Below the pieces are notes generated by a model. It did not search any database and had not been told where the DNA came from. It saw only the letters and a program-made list of their open reading frames with translations. 64,000 bases of DNA, taken from contig OX597837.1 of assembly GCA_951406725.2 (NCBI GenBank), positions 43,772,001-43,836,000 on the forward strand. Direction: 5' to 3'. Of the stretch, positions 39,517 through 53,844 are shown in pieces (position 1 is the stretch's first letter; every line of letters starts with the position of its first letter). The position numbers and the translations under genes were made by a program. The stretch is from Octopus vulgaris. Taxonomy: Eukaryota.

Positions 39517-39520
<4 letters not shown>
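39165..39520 (+). mobile_element. PLE 3' end, family P2, with decayed hammerhead (39444-39480)
   Basis: Homology to 30433-30645; lies between (TA)n tracts. Confidence 0.55.
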
Positions 39521-39575
<55 letters not shown>

Positions 39576-39632
39576 GTATAAATATATATATATATATGTA
39601 TGTATGTATAAATATATATATATATATGTATG

Positions 39633-39696
<64 letters not shown>

Positions 39697-40924
39697 TGCA
39701 TATATATGTATAAGATGACGGTCATTCAGTTCCTTTCTAGTCAATCCACTAACGAGACTTTGAATAGACATTTACCGAAGGTGCTCTGTAGAAGGATTGA
39801 ACCCAGAACCATGTGCTTCTGAAGCAAACTTCTTATCATATATACAATATATTTATGAGTGTGTGTGTGTGTGTGTGCGGGCGTGTGTGTAAAATATAGA
39901 TGGTTACATAAAAACGATCAGAATTAACAACGAATGTAGTTTATGGGCAGATCTCTGTAGATCTATGTGTGCACTTGTATACACTTACGCTCACACACAC
40001 ATAAAAATACACTGCAGATGTACACGCACATTTACATACATACGTACAAACATACATTTATACATACATGCATACATACCAATAGAAACTTCCCTGTATG
40101 AATTTATTTTTGAATATCAATTCATGTTTTTATATTACATTATATATTTTCATAAATACACACAACGCATCCCATGAAACACTGCTCGAACAAGGTAAAT
40201 AAATTGATAAAGCTGTATATTGCGAATATATGTTAAAATTTTCTTTTACTCTCCATAGACAATAAATTTTCTATATAGCTGATATTACGGTCTGCAAACT
40301 TTTTATTTCGCACCTGAAATAGCTCGACTTCAGATATTCTCTCGGCTTATCTCTGCCATTTAAAGTTGTGGCATCAACGTCGTACTACCTTCATTCGCTA
40401 ACTTTCGCGAGAATAAAAAATCCTTTACAGTGTTATTTTTTTTTCTTTTCGTACAAATATGGTGTTTTATAGCACACAATTTCCTTTTCCCTACATGCTT
40501 GTGTGTACGAGAGAGAGAGAGGGGGAGGATATCATTATCGAAATCAATTTTCAAATACCCAGATGCAAAATGGCAGTAGCAACTTTTTTTCCCGTTTATC
40601 TCTTTCTGCTCTCGCCCGCTATATTTGTACGTTGTCATCCTATCCCACCTCGCTAGATAACTATCTACACGTTGCTAAAATTGCCAGGTCATCTTCTAGA
40701 AGTTGTTTCATGTCTGTTAAGCTAATTAATAAAGAAATCTATTTATTACGGATACTCAGTGTTCAGCTGGTACTTCTTTCATCGACCCCGTAACGACGAA
40801 ATGCAAAGTCGACCCCAGCGGCATTTCAACTCAGAACGTAAAGTCGGAAGAAATGCTGTTCAGCATTTTTTTCTGCTGTGGCATCGATTCTACTATTTCC
40901 CCGCCTAATATGACATTGAGTATT

Positions 40925-41725
40925 GCTGTTAGATTTGGGTGTCTCCTCAAGAGTCATATTTGAAAGAATTCATAATCGAGTCTTCTTCTTTTATACAGGG
41001 TGTTCAAAAAAACTCTCTCCGCAGGCGCTACTTCAAGAGTTTTTCGGTGAACGGATTATTTTGAAGGGACTTTGGCCACCAGGATCACCTAATTTAACAC
41101 CACCAGACTTTTTTTTCTGAGGAACAAGTAAAGGATCAGTGTACAAGAATAGCCCGAAAACCATTAATGAGCTAAAAGACGCAAACATAACCTTCACACG
41201 GTCCATACCACGTCAGACTCTCCAAGATGTATCTCAAAACATGTGTAGAAGAGTCAATTTATGTATTGAAAATGAAGGACGACATTTTCAACACCTCTTA
41301 TAAAGTTTTTAAAGTCTTGTAAAGTCTAATATATTCTTTTGTAGTCTTATACCATCTTATAAATATTTTGCAATAAAGTACTGCGGAGAGACTTTTTGAA
41401 CACCCTGTACTAGGTTAGAGTCTTCGGCTCATCGTCCAAATATATCTTCGTTGTGTCTTTACTATAAGTATTCCTATGCTCATTTCTCTGATGAACTTTC
41501 TGGTTTAGTGCCCTCTTCCACGACCTTTAAACATATCGCCATTTTTCTCCTTACCGACGCATCGTTTCTCATTCGAGCTTCCTGTTAGTTATATTATTCA
41601 ATTATTCTAACACTTTCTTTCCTTGAACTGCTCCTCTCTAAAACTCACTACCATAGTTTAGTTTTGCTGTCCTCTAGTCTCTGATATTCAGTCCTTTAAG
41701 CTTTCTATCAATCGACATCTTTTGT
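40925..41725 (+). pseudogene. L2/CR1-group LINE 3' remnant split by a DNA transposon
   Basis: FERIHNRV before 40994; SSLCLYYKYSYAHFSDELSGLVP, NTFFP*TAPL*NSLP and QSFKLSINRHL after 41410. Confidence 0.6.
40996..41407 (+). mobile_element. Internally deleted Tc1/mariner-superfamily element with both TIRs and TA target duplication
   Basis: TA-CAGGGTGTTCAAAAA..TCTCTCCGCAG ... CTGCGGAGAGACTTTTTGAACACCCTG-TA; internal WPPGSPNLTPPDFFF*G...CIENEGRHFQHLL transposase C-terminus. Confidence 0.9.
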
Positions 41726-42524
41726 AATTGTAGGCCCCATTCACCTGCTTTTCTTTCTTTTTTAGTCTCCTGCTCTACCGTGGCCTCAATTGTGCTTCGG
41801 ACAAAATCGTATAGAAAAGAAAAAGGCTGCTTTTAGAGCCTCTAAAATTGATGCTATTATGCTGAATGTTTTATATAATACATGTCTATCTAGTTAAAAC
41901 TATATGAGAAACATTAATGTTTTAAAAAATCATCTTAAATGAGAATTAATATTTCGTTTTTTACTTTACTGGGATTAAACATTTTAAGGAGTGGATTTTA
42001 TCGCTCCTATGGCCCAACTGATACGCATTTTATCGATCCCGAAAGGATAAAAGGCAAATTCGACCACGGTGTAATTTGTATTCAGAATGCAAAAAAAAAA
42101 AAGGCGACGGGCTTAACGTTTCTGCCAGCTACCTTATGTTGCTTCAGAAATAATGAGAGACAAATGGCTTTAAATAATCTACCTGCCCCCACTAAAAACG
42201 AAAATTTATCCCCCATCACCACTAATGACAGAGAAAATCCATCCTCAACACTCATGTTTTCTACAAAGTTTAAACTTAAATCAAAAGTATAAAATTTCGG
42301 TTCTACATTACTTTTCTCCATTTAACCCTAATCGAAATAACATTTTATACCCCAAGAATTATAAACCATAAAAGATTAAACATTTTAAATTAAGACCATA
42401 AATTAAGTTGCTCTCTTAATCCTTTAAATAATTTATTAATGTAATGCAATCAACCAGAGATGATCGCATCTAATTCATGAAATATGATCTAATCTTTATG
42501 CTATCTTTAAAATATTTCCTTAAA

Positions 42525-43097
<573 letters not shown>

Positions 43098-43862
43098 TGA
43101 AATTATATTAATGATATTTTTCTGTCTTATTAATTTTGAAAAAAAAGCTTTCTCGTCAACCTTTTCTACTACATACGCTTATTTTAAATTATATAGTTAT
43201 TTTAAAATCTAATGAATGGTTCAGTGCCCTTCATTGGTTGATGATAATGATTCTAGCAACAACAAATAATTTTATCATTATTTTAGACCATTTTTATTAC
43301 TGTTTTCAATTTATATTTCATAACTCTTAGTATTGTTCACAAACTAATATATTTATTGATTGATTTCAATGCTTTTTTATATTTTATTACTTCTCATTGT
43401 ATATTTATCTATCTTCTTCTTTAATCACAGTAAAATAAGTCTATATACTTATTTTAATTATTTATTTATTTAATCAATTTAAACGTGCGTATAAAAGCTG
43501 GCAAGCCATGACCATCTGAAGAAGGTATATAAATGGCGGTTATGTCACGAATGAAACTAAAACAAACGCAAGAAAGAAAGAAAAAAATAAGGGGAAAAGA
43601 AATAGATAAAGAGATACAGATAAAGTACAGTTAAATGTTTCTGCAGTTAAATCTTTTTGTGGCCTCCATTAATTAAACCTTATTTATGGTTGGTGGATTT
43701 TTGGAAATAAATTACATCTCCCATCTTGCTGGTTTTACAGAGACCATTTTAAAACGTCCACCTTTTCCTTCTCTGTCAGGCTGTCTGTCTGTCTGTCTGT
43801 CTTTCACTAACTTTGCATTGGAAGAAATAATTCCGCGAGGTTTTAGGCGCAGGCGCAGGTGC

Positions 43863-44060
43863 AGGCGTGGCCGTGTGGTAAGAAGTTTACCTGTCAACCA
43901 CATAATTCCAAGATCAGACCCACCGCGTGGCACCTTGAGAAAGTGTCTTCTACTATAGCCTCGGGTCGACCAAAACCTTGTGAGTGGATTTGGTAGACGG
44001 AAACTGTAACAAGCCCGACGTACACACACACACACATATATATATATATGTAGGTATATG

Positions 44061-44143
<83 letters not shown>

Positions 44144-44370
44144 GTATGTATGTGTATATGTGTCTGTGTTTGTCCCTCCGGCACCGCTTGACAACCGATA
44201 CTTGTGCGTTTATGTCCCCGTAACTTAGAGGTTCGGCAAAAGTGACCGATAAAACAATTACCAAGCTTTATAAAAGTATAAGTTGTGGGGTTGAAACATT
44301 CGACTAAAAATTCTTCAAGACGGTGCCCCAGCATGGCCGCATTCAAATGGCTGAAAGAAGTAAAAGATAG
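43863..44370 (+). mobile_element. SINE family A with expanded internal microsatellite
   Basis: Matches the family A head and tail. Confidence 0.85.
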
Positions 44371-44658
44371 ATGATAATAAAAGATAAAAAGCAAAAAGGC
44401 GACTCCATAAAAATCAGTTCGTGATAGAATATAGTTGAAAGAAACACGACCCATTCGAAAACCCACAAAATCTCCGTTAATCTTCTTCAATATAATACAT
44501 TTTAGACGTTGATAGATCAAACTAAGATAATAGAGAATCAAAAGTTTGATTGTTTATCTCTTGCTGGTTTATCTCTTGGTTTATCTCTTGATTCTTCCCA
44601 GTATTTTTCCACTCTTAGCTAATTACGATCTGCTGGCTGATTAGAACTGAATCCTGTA

Positions 44659-45329
44659 TTGGTTTCAAATTTTGACACAAGGCCAGCAATTTCGAGGGAG
44701 GATGAAAAAACAAATCGACCTCGGTGGCATTTGAACTCACAACGTAACGGCAGACGAAATACCTATTTCTTTACTGCCCACAAGGGGCTACACACAGAGG
44801 GGACAAATTGGTTTCAAATTTTGACACAAGTCGACCTCGAAGGAATTTAAACTTGGAACGTAATGACGGATGAAATGCCGCTAAGCATTTGGCCCACGTG
44901 CTAAGGATTCTTATATCTTTATTGCCCACAAGGGGCTAAACATAGAGGGGACAAACAAAGACAGACAAAGTGATTAAGTCGATTACATCGACTGCAGTGC
45001 GTAACTGGTACTTAATTTATCGACCCCGAAAGGATGAAAGGCAAAGTCGACCTCGGTGGAATTTGAACTCACAACGTAACGGCAGACGAAATACCTATTT
45101 CTTTACTGCCCATAAGGGGCTACACACAGAGGGGACAAACAAGGACAGACAAACGGATTAAGTCGGTTAGATCGTTCCCAGTATGCAATTGGTACTTAAT
45201 TTATCGACCCCCGAAAGGATGAAAGGCAAAGTCGACCTCGGCGGAATTTGAACTCAGAACGTAACCGCAGACGAAATACCACTAAGCATTTCGCCCGGCA
45301 TGCTAACATTTCTGCCCGCTCGCCGCCTT
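44659..45329 (-). mobile_element. SINE family B composite/tandem array
   Basis: Four TCGACCTCG...AATTT cores with rearranged units. Confidence 0.85.
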
Positions 45330-46344
45330 CCTTCTAAGGATTCTATCAGCTCCCTGCCATCGCTGTTGTCTATATTTGATGCTCCCTATTTCGCTAATTT
45401 AACTGTTTTTCTGTTTCCCTTAATATTTATTTTCCATCAGAAACAAAATATTCATTCGTATACGTTTGTATAAGCAATAGCACTTCCTACTACGTACAAA
45501 CCTCGGAATTTTGGAGGAGTGGGCTTGTGGATTACATTGACTCCAGTACCAAATCGACATCGGCAGCATATGGACTTACAACGTGAATTCGGAAAAAATG
45601 CCGCTAAGCATTTTGTCCGGCGTCCAAACGATTCTGCCTGCTCGCCTTAAAATATATTTTCCGTCAGCGACAAAAGCGTTTTCACTTCCCTTTGGGGAGA
45701 TCGACTTAATAGGGAAACAGCCGTACAATCCTTAATATACATTGTGTTTACTCCTTAATCTAATTAACGCAATGTACCATGCATTGTTTTAGCCTTCAAA
45801 TGAAGCCACCCCACTGGCTAGGCGAGCTGGCCAACATTACCCCCTTATCGAAAGGGTGACATGAGCAACGTGAAATGAAATGTTTTGCTCAACAACGCGC
45901 CGCCCAGTCTGTGAGTCGAACCTACGACCTAACGTTCGTGGGTGCGACAGCTTAACCACTACGCCACTCGCACTTTTACGTATTATAGACTTATAACCAA
46001 TTTATTGCACATAATTTTTAACATCTTATATGCACCTTCCCCAAGAGTCATGTGCACCTCGGTCGAGAAGCACTGTTCTAACAAAATAATCCGGATATTT
46101 ATGCTTCATTATCTATGCAAAATAATCCACCGAGTTTCGTGGCTTCCTGACAGACGAATCTTACAATTAGCTACAACGCCACTCTATCGCACATGCATAT
46201 CTTAATACTAGACGCCTCTTACTGCAATGCACTTAGCCGAATTCTAATGATACTGAAGCCGAACAATTCCACTCTAAGTGCCAACTTTCTAATAAACCTA
46301 GACACACACACACATATGCACTCACGCAACAAGTAGACACAAAG

Positions 46345-46394
<50 letters not shown>

Positions 46395-46609
46395 ATGTAT
46401 GTATATATATATGTTTATATATATGTATATATGTATATATATATATGCATATATATGTATGCATATATAAATATGTATATATATGTATGTATATATATAT
46501 GTATATATGTATATATATACATATATATATATGTATATATATATGCATATGTATATATGTATACATATATATATATGTATATATATATGTTTATATATAT
46601 GTATATATG

Positions 46610-46760
<151 letters not shown>

Positions 46761-46772
46761 TATATATGTATG

Positions 46773-46811
<39 letters not shown>

Positions 46812-47217
46812 AAAAATGGGAAAAGATCATGATTATAATTACATAGATCATGCTTATATAATATTTACATATATTAGCAGAAATATATAAATTTATATAC
46901 GAAACAAATGGATTTATACTTACATTTATGTATCACATGATAAGTTTCTATACAAGAAGTTACTGTTTATATAAGAGGATACACTGTTTATATAAAAGAC
47001 GATACACACACACACACACACAGATATATTTGTATATATATACGTACAGGTAGTGTATGAATGTATATATTTGAACATACGACTCTTTTGTTGTTAAATA
47101 TACAAACATAAATATTATTATGTACTTCCAAATAGATATATAAAAAAGTTTTCAATACATATATTTACTATTTATAAGAAAACTTTGCTCGTCTGTATAT
47201 ATATATATGTATGTATG

Positions 47218-47251
<34 letters not shown>

Positions 47252-47624
47252 TGTATGTATGTATGTATGTATGTATGTATGTATATATGTATGTATGTAT
47301 ATATCTATGTATATATGTATGTACGTATTAACTTGTCATGAGCCAAAGAAGCAGTATTGGTTCAAAATAGCAATTTTTATATCATACTTAAAGAAGATAA
47401 GTCTGCTAAATTTGGTACTCGTCTCGGGAAAGCATTTCTTACAAACGTATTCTGTTAAAGAACACCATAATATTTAAGCAGTATATATATTTCTTTAATC
47501 TCTTCAATATTTACACACGACAAATACCCAAACATAAACCTGGTATAGGATAAGGCTTGAGGACAGTATTGGATAATTTCGGGAGTGGAAGAGCTTCATA
47601 CTGTATTCTGCCACGTTCCCAACG

Positions 47625-47675
<51 letters not shown>

Positions 47676-47928
47676 ATGTATGTATGTATGTATGTATGTA
47701 TGCATGTATGAATGTATGGTTGTACGTATGTATGTATATATATATATATATATCAATATCAGGGTGGCAAAAAATTCAATAGAAATTATTTCGCCACCAG
47801 CGGTCTAGTGAGAAAGAAAAAATAGTCAACAGACTATATAATGTACATTCAACAATAATATTAAGGAATGGCTTTAATAAGTCATTCAACTCACTAAAAC
47901 GAGCAGCCATATATATATATATATATAT

Positions 47929-48139
47929 TGTTATATTTCGGAATGGTCATTTTGCCAGTTTAGCCAATAAAAACACACGCACTATATATTTGGTGTTACT
48001 TTGCTTCAGTGTTATTTATTTTTTACATTAATCTTAATCTTATTTCTGCCAGAGTTCTTTCGTCACACTCCTGTGACCTCATCAGTGGTCCTTTGTTTTC
48101 TTCTTTCTTATTTGTGTCTCTCTTTACTAACCGTCAGCC

Positions 48140-48140
<1 letters not shown>
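47929..48140 (-). mobile_element. PLE pseudo-LTR-like element (family P4)
   Basis: Lies between (TA)n tracts; fragments of the same sequence at 37475-37533 (opposite strand) and about 55010-55065. Confidence 0.6.
48049..48088 (-). ncRNA. Minimal type I hammerhead ribozyme, canonical core
   Basis: Minus strand CCA-CTGATGA-G-GTCACA ggag TGTGAC-GAA-AG aa CT-C-TGG; CUC triplet. Confidence 0.75.
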
Positions 48141-48186
<46 letters not shown>

Positions 48187-48191
<5 letters not shown>

Positions 48192-48728
48192 CATTAAAAG
48201 GCTTCCAAATAAATAAGCGAGTGCTAGATACACAAAAAGGGGATAAATTCATGAAATAGAATGAAAATCAAAAACGTTTACCAACTCAGCTAATCCTGTA
48301 CTGCAGTTTCATCTTTTTTTTAGCAAATGAATAGAATTTATCTGCCAAGGCCAGAATCGTCAGCAGGAAGCCTTTGTAATCCGAACTGTACATACTGTTA
48401 GAAGCACGTGCAAATCTAACGATCTGAATACCCTAACTTTTCAGACCGGTGCGCAGACGCAAATCATACCCGGCGACAGAGAGGATGCCGGTAAAAATTT
48501 ACGAGCAAATTTATCGAGCAATATTTAAACATAGTAAATAGGGTAATAAAAATATATTATTTATCATTACCAGTGACCTAGCACAAAAGACGATTTAGTC
48601 ATTAGACTATACGTTATTCATATATAAATACATTAAAATGCTTCCAAATAAAGAAGCGAGTGCTAGATACACAAAAAGGGGATAAATTCATGAAATGGAA
48701 TGAAATCAAAAACGTTTACCAACTCAGC
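48187..48728 (-). mobile_element. ~439-bp unit plus ~103-bp terminal direct repeat with a hammerhead (retrozyme / PLE pseudo-LTR-like)
   Basis: 48187-48290 is repeated at 48626-48728; the hammerhead at 48294-48368 abuts the repeat boundary; flanked by TA tracts. Confidence 0.75.
48294..48368 (-). ncRNA. Type I hammerhead ribozyme with extended stem II
   Basis: Minus strand TCCTG-CTGACGA-tTCT...TTGGCAGAT...ATTTGCTAA...AGAt-GAA-ACTGCAGT-A-CAGGA; palindromic stem III, GUA triplet. Confidence 0.75.
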
Positions 48729-49540
48729 ATATATTTGTGTATATAAGTGTTAGAATATATATATACATTTATATGTGTGTGTATAATTGTATATATAAAT
48801 TTATGTATATATATATCCATATATATATGTATCTAAATACACATATATATACACATATAGTTTTACTGTATGTGTATACATACACATATACATGTATATT
48901 TATATACAGACACACATACACACTCACACACACATATATACGTATATATAAAACATGGTATAATTCTCAGTATGGATGTATGTATACCGTTCTGTGTGTG
49001 TGTGTGCGAATGTGTTAGTACGTATAATGTGTGCGTATGTGTTGGTGAACTTGTTACGACAGATATTAATACTTGTATATATGAAGATATCAGAAATTTT
49101 CGTCTGAGGGATAATGAAAATAGCCAAGCAAATTCCATAAAACAGAAGCCGTACAAGTGAGTCGGATGTTCTTTAGAAATGGCAGACATATCGGTCAGTT
49201 CTTATTCCTTGCGGCGATTCGGAATACTTTCGATTTGTTTATTTATTTTAGGATTAACTTTCACACAGATATTTTCGTAACATACATACACACGTGCATA
49301 CATATACACACACAGACACATACAGGCATGCACACGCACGTACACGTACATACACACACGCACGTATACACAGTCGTTCAAACTCATACACACATACATT
49401 AGCACACGTACGTTCATTAATACATACGCATACACAGACATGTAGATATATATGTCTGTAAAAATATATTGACTCTATCCATATATGCGTATGTATATAT
49501 ATATATAATATATATACATACATAAATATATATATGATTG

Positions 49541-49634
<94 letters not shown>

Positions 49635-49710
49635 TCTGTGTGTAAGTGTGTACGTGTGTATGTGTGCAAAGATACATTCTCTCGAAACCAAACATATGCA
49701 AACATATATG

Positions 49711-49753
<43 letters not shown>

Positions 49754-50340
49754 GTGTCTATATATGTTCGTATAAATGTAAATATGTGTGTGTATGTGTG
49801 TGTGCGTGTGTATATGCATACATGTATATATATTAAATATACGTTATATGTATTGTGTGTATATATATACATACGTATATAAAAACACATACACACATAT
49901 GTGTGTGTGTGTGTTTATTTTTGTCTATGTATATATATTTTGTATCCAATCTAGCAAAGATGTCTACCTATATAGATTTACCAACAAACATCTGCGTAAA
50001 TTAACATTCAAACAACTACAGACTAATACGAAGAATATCTAGAAATAAATACATATAAACATAGACGTACAGACTCACACACACACACACACGGAGGCAC
50101 TCACGAATCTACACGCACATCTACAGACACGTATAAATGCGCACGCGCTCAGAATATATATACATATTTTTTAGTTTACATAAAACCGAATGTTATAAAT
50201 CTGGAAGTTTATTAAAAAACACAGCAATCATTCTGACAACGTCGTTAAATCGTCTGACAAATCGACTCGTAACATTCCATTCGGTTCTCGGCAAACATAG
50301 TTCCCATCATGCCAAGGTACTTCAACATATTCCCTTTCTG

Positions 50341-50515
50341 CGAGCTGGCAGAATCGTTAGCACGCCGGGCGAAATGCGTAGCCGTATTTCGTCTGCCGTT
50401 ACGTTCTGAGTTCAAATTCTGCAGAGGTCAACTTTGCCTTTCATCGTTTCGCGGTCGATTAAATAAGTACCAGTTACGCACTGGGGTCGATGTAATCTTC
50501 TTAATCCGTTTGTCC
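50341..50515 (+). mobile_element. SINE family B
   Basis: CGAGCTGGCAGAATCGTTAGCACGCCGGGCG head and core. Confidence 0.85.
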
Positions 50516-50557
50516 TCTCTTCCAAGGAATCTAATGCTCTTAGCTTATTTTTTTTCT

Positions 50558-50737
50558 AGGGCCTGGCGAGATTGGAACAATCTCGACTATAACCAGCCGA
50601 AATTGCAAAGATAATTTGGAACGCGACTGAGAGTAGAAATCTCCGAATGATCCGTCCTTGTTTTCCTTGTATCGTCTGTCTGGATATTTTGTTGTCCCTT
50701 TTTTTTTGTAATATAGCGGCGTACGTACTCTTTGGTC

Positions 50738-50740
<3 letters not shown>
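50558..50740 (+). mobile_element. Family P3 element ending in (TA)n
   Basis: Homologous to the reverse complement of 25896-26110. Confidence 0.5.
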
Positions 50741-50816
<76 letters not shown>

Positions 50817-51485
50817 GTGTGTGTATGTATGTATATATGTTTGTATATATGTATGCATGTATGTATATATGTATGTGTATGTATGCATATACACACACAT
50901 GGTAGTGTGACTTGATGTAGTACATGGTACCAGATATTTTCGACTCAGTGCCCGGATCAATATTCCATTCTTATACCCGTATTGCGTAATATCTGTGGTA
51001 ACCAAGCAAGAATATACTAAATTGTTATTAATATGTGTTGTATATCATTCGAATCATGATTAAATTAATTAATGACATTATTAATGCTTTTAATTCGTAC
51101 GTTTCAACTGGTTACGTAAGCAGTTGTTACGTAATCACTTGAAATATACGTAATAAATGTATTCAAAATATATCAGTTATTTTAAGATTCAAAGAAGCGG
51201 ATTAGTGTACTGGGTATGGGTGGTAAACGAGAGCCATCGTCAACAGCAGGTGACGGGTTTCGATAAATAAATAAATCTTGAGAAGCAAGCAAAATAAATA
51301 AATAATGAACAACAGAATAGATGAGAATTTTAATTATTTCTGTAGTAAAATAAACATTCTAATTATTTATGTGTTAAAATAAGCATTTTCACGCCTAAAA
51401 ATTAATTAATTAATGCTTAAAAATACAGTATAATGCTGCACTGTATAACAAATTAATTAAAATATATTAAAAGAAAATACGTACA

Positions 51486-52272
51486 ATACCTATTTCTTTA
51501 CTACCCACAAGGGGCTAAATACAGAGAGGACAAACAAGGACAGACAAAGGGACTCAGTCGATTATATCGACCCCAGTGTGTAACTGGTACTTAATTTATC
51601 GACCCCGAATGGATGAAAGGCAAAGTCAACCTCGGTGGAATTTGATCTCAGAACGCAACGGCAGACGAAATACCTATTTCTTTACTGCCCACGAGGGGCT
51701 AAACACAGAGGGGACAAAGAAGGACAGACAAAGGGATTCAGTCGATTATATCGAGCCCAGTGCGTAACTGGTACTTAATTTATCGACCCCGAAAGGATGA
51801 AAGGCAAAGTCGACCTCGGTGGAATTTGATCTCAGAACGCAACGGCAGACGAAATACCTATTTCTTTACTACCCACGAGGGGCTAAACACAGAGAAGACA
51901 AAGAAGGACAGACAAAGGGATTCAGTCGATTACATCGACCCCAGTGTGTAACTGGTACTTAATTTATCGACCCCGAATGGATGAAAGGCAAAGTCAACCT
52001 CGGTGGAATTTGAACTCAGAACGTAACGGCAGACGAAATACCTATTTCTTTACTGCCCACGAGGGGCTAAACACAGAGGGGACAAAGAAGGACAGACAAA
52101 GGGATTCAGTCGATTATATCGAGCCCAGTGCGTAACTGGTACTTAATTTATCGACCCCGAAAGGATGAAAGGCAAAGTCGACCTCGGTGAAATTTGAACT
52201 CAGAACGTAACGGCAGACAAAATACAGCTTAGCATTTCGCCCGGCGTGCTAACGTTTCTGCCAGCTCGCTGT
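51486..52272 (-). mobile_element. SINE family B tandem tetramer with 184-bp period
   Basis: Repeated spurious ORFs start at 51576, 51760 and 51944; a single head ends near 52270. Confidence 0.9.
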
Positions 52273-52351
52273 CTGGAAATACGAACAGTACCGTAGACGA
52301 GTTAACAAAGAATCGCACACACTGTATGGAAAACGAAACCCGGTAGGCGAG

Positions 52352-52492
52352 TGTGTGGTGGTGTTTCGTATTTATAATAAAATATACAAATTATTAAAAA
52401 AAATATACAGTACTGTTTCTACTTTGTGGATTTTCACCAATCGCGCGTTGGGGGTTTCGAACCTAACACTCGCGATAGTTGAGGAATTACTG
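52352..52492. mobile_element. pogo/Tigger-type MITE, right half
   Basis: Homologous to 22310-22465; ends GAGGAATTACTG-TA. Confidence 0.65.
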
Positions 52493-52726
52493 TAGTGGGT
52501 ATCTATTTATTTTTCTATGTACGTATATAAATGCACATATATACATACACGTTCACACAGCAAGCACTAACACACACACACAAACATATGCACGCATGCG
52601 CACACGTACATACATGCAAACATATGTGAAATATATAAGTATCTGTATATATACATAATAAAAGTATGCATGTGTATGTATAAATAAATAAGTATGTGTA
52701 CGTGTGCATATATATGTGTGTGTGCG

Positions 52727-52760
<34 letters not shown>

Positions 52761-52864
52761 AACTTACACACACAAATATATGTACACGTATACATACTTA
52801 TATATTTATACATACATATGCATACATTTATTATGTATATATATATATACATATATATATATAC

Positions 52865-52914
<50 letters not shown>

Positions 52915-52931
52915 ATATATACATATACATA

Positions 52932-52977
<46 letters not shown>

Positions 52978-53015
52978 CATATATATATACATATACATAT
53001 ATATACATATACATA

Positions 53016-53100
<85 letters not shown>

Positions 53101-53585
53101 TATATAAATATATTCATATATTCATACATATATGTACATACCTACACACATACACACATATGTATATATATATATAATACATAAATGTATTCATATATAC
53201 ATACATATATGTACATACCTACACACACACACACATATGTGTATATAGCATAGTTCTCATCTGCCAAGCGGGTTGAAGTTTATCTCCGCCGCTTCAATAG
53301 ATGCTAAGTATGTTTGGCAGCCCCTAATACATTGTCAGTTAAATTGGACAAGCTTTTCAACACTAGTTTTAATCAGTTCCAGTTAAAATAATGCTCTCTG
53401 ATAGAGAATGGAGTCACGTGTCCTTTCGATTCCGACAAATGTGTGTCGAGAAAAATAGAAAAAGGAAAAGTCAACAGGAAGGAAAAAGGATAGAAGAGGG
53501 AAGAAAAGAGGAAAAGTGGAGAGAAAGGAACCAGCATTACAACGAATTGTCGTTTGCTAATTAGGTGTCTGCTAATGACACTCAT

Positions 53586-53641
<56 letters not shown>

Positions 53642-53642
53642 C

Positions 53643-53685
<43 letters not shown>

Positions 53686-53769
53686 TATATATATATAAAC
53701 GTATATACATATGTGTATACATACATATATATATATGTGTGTATATATATATGTATATATATATAAAAG

Positions 53770-53844
<75 letters not shown>

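Noticed and set aside
43516-43562. CTGAAGA...GAAAC on the plus strand
   Set aside because: No stem II closure, NUH site or stem I complement found.
51576-52135. Three repeated 63-aa ORFs
   Set aside because: Antisense translations of tandem SINE B units; the same peptide appears at every family B copy.
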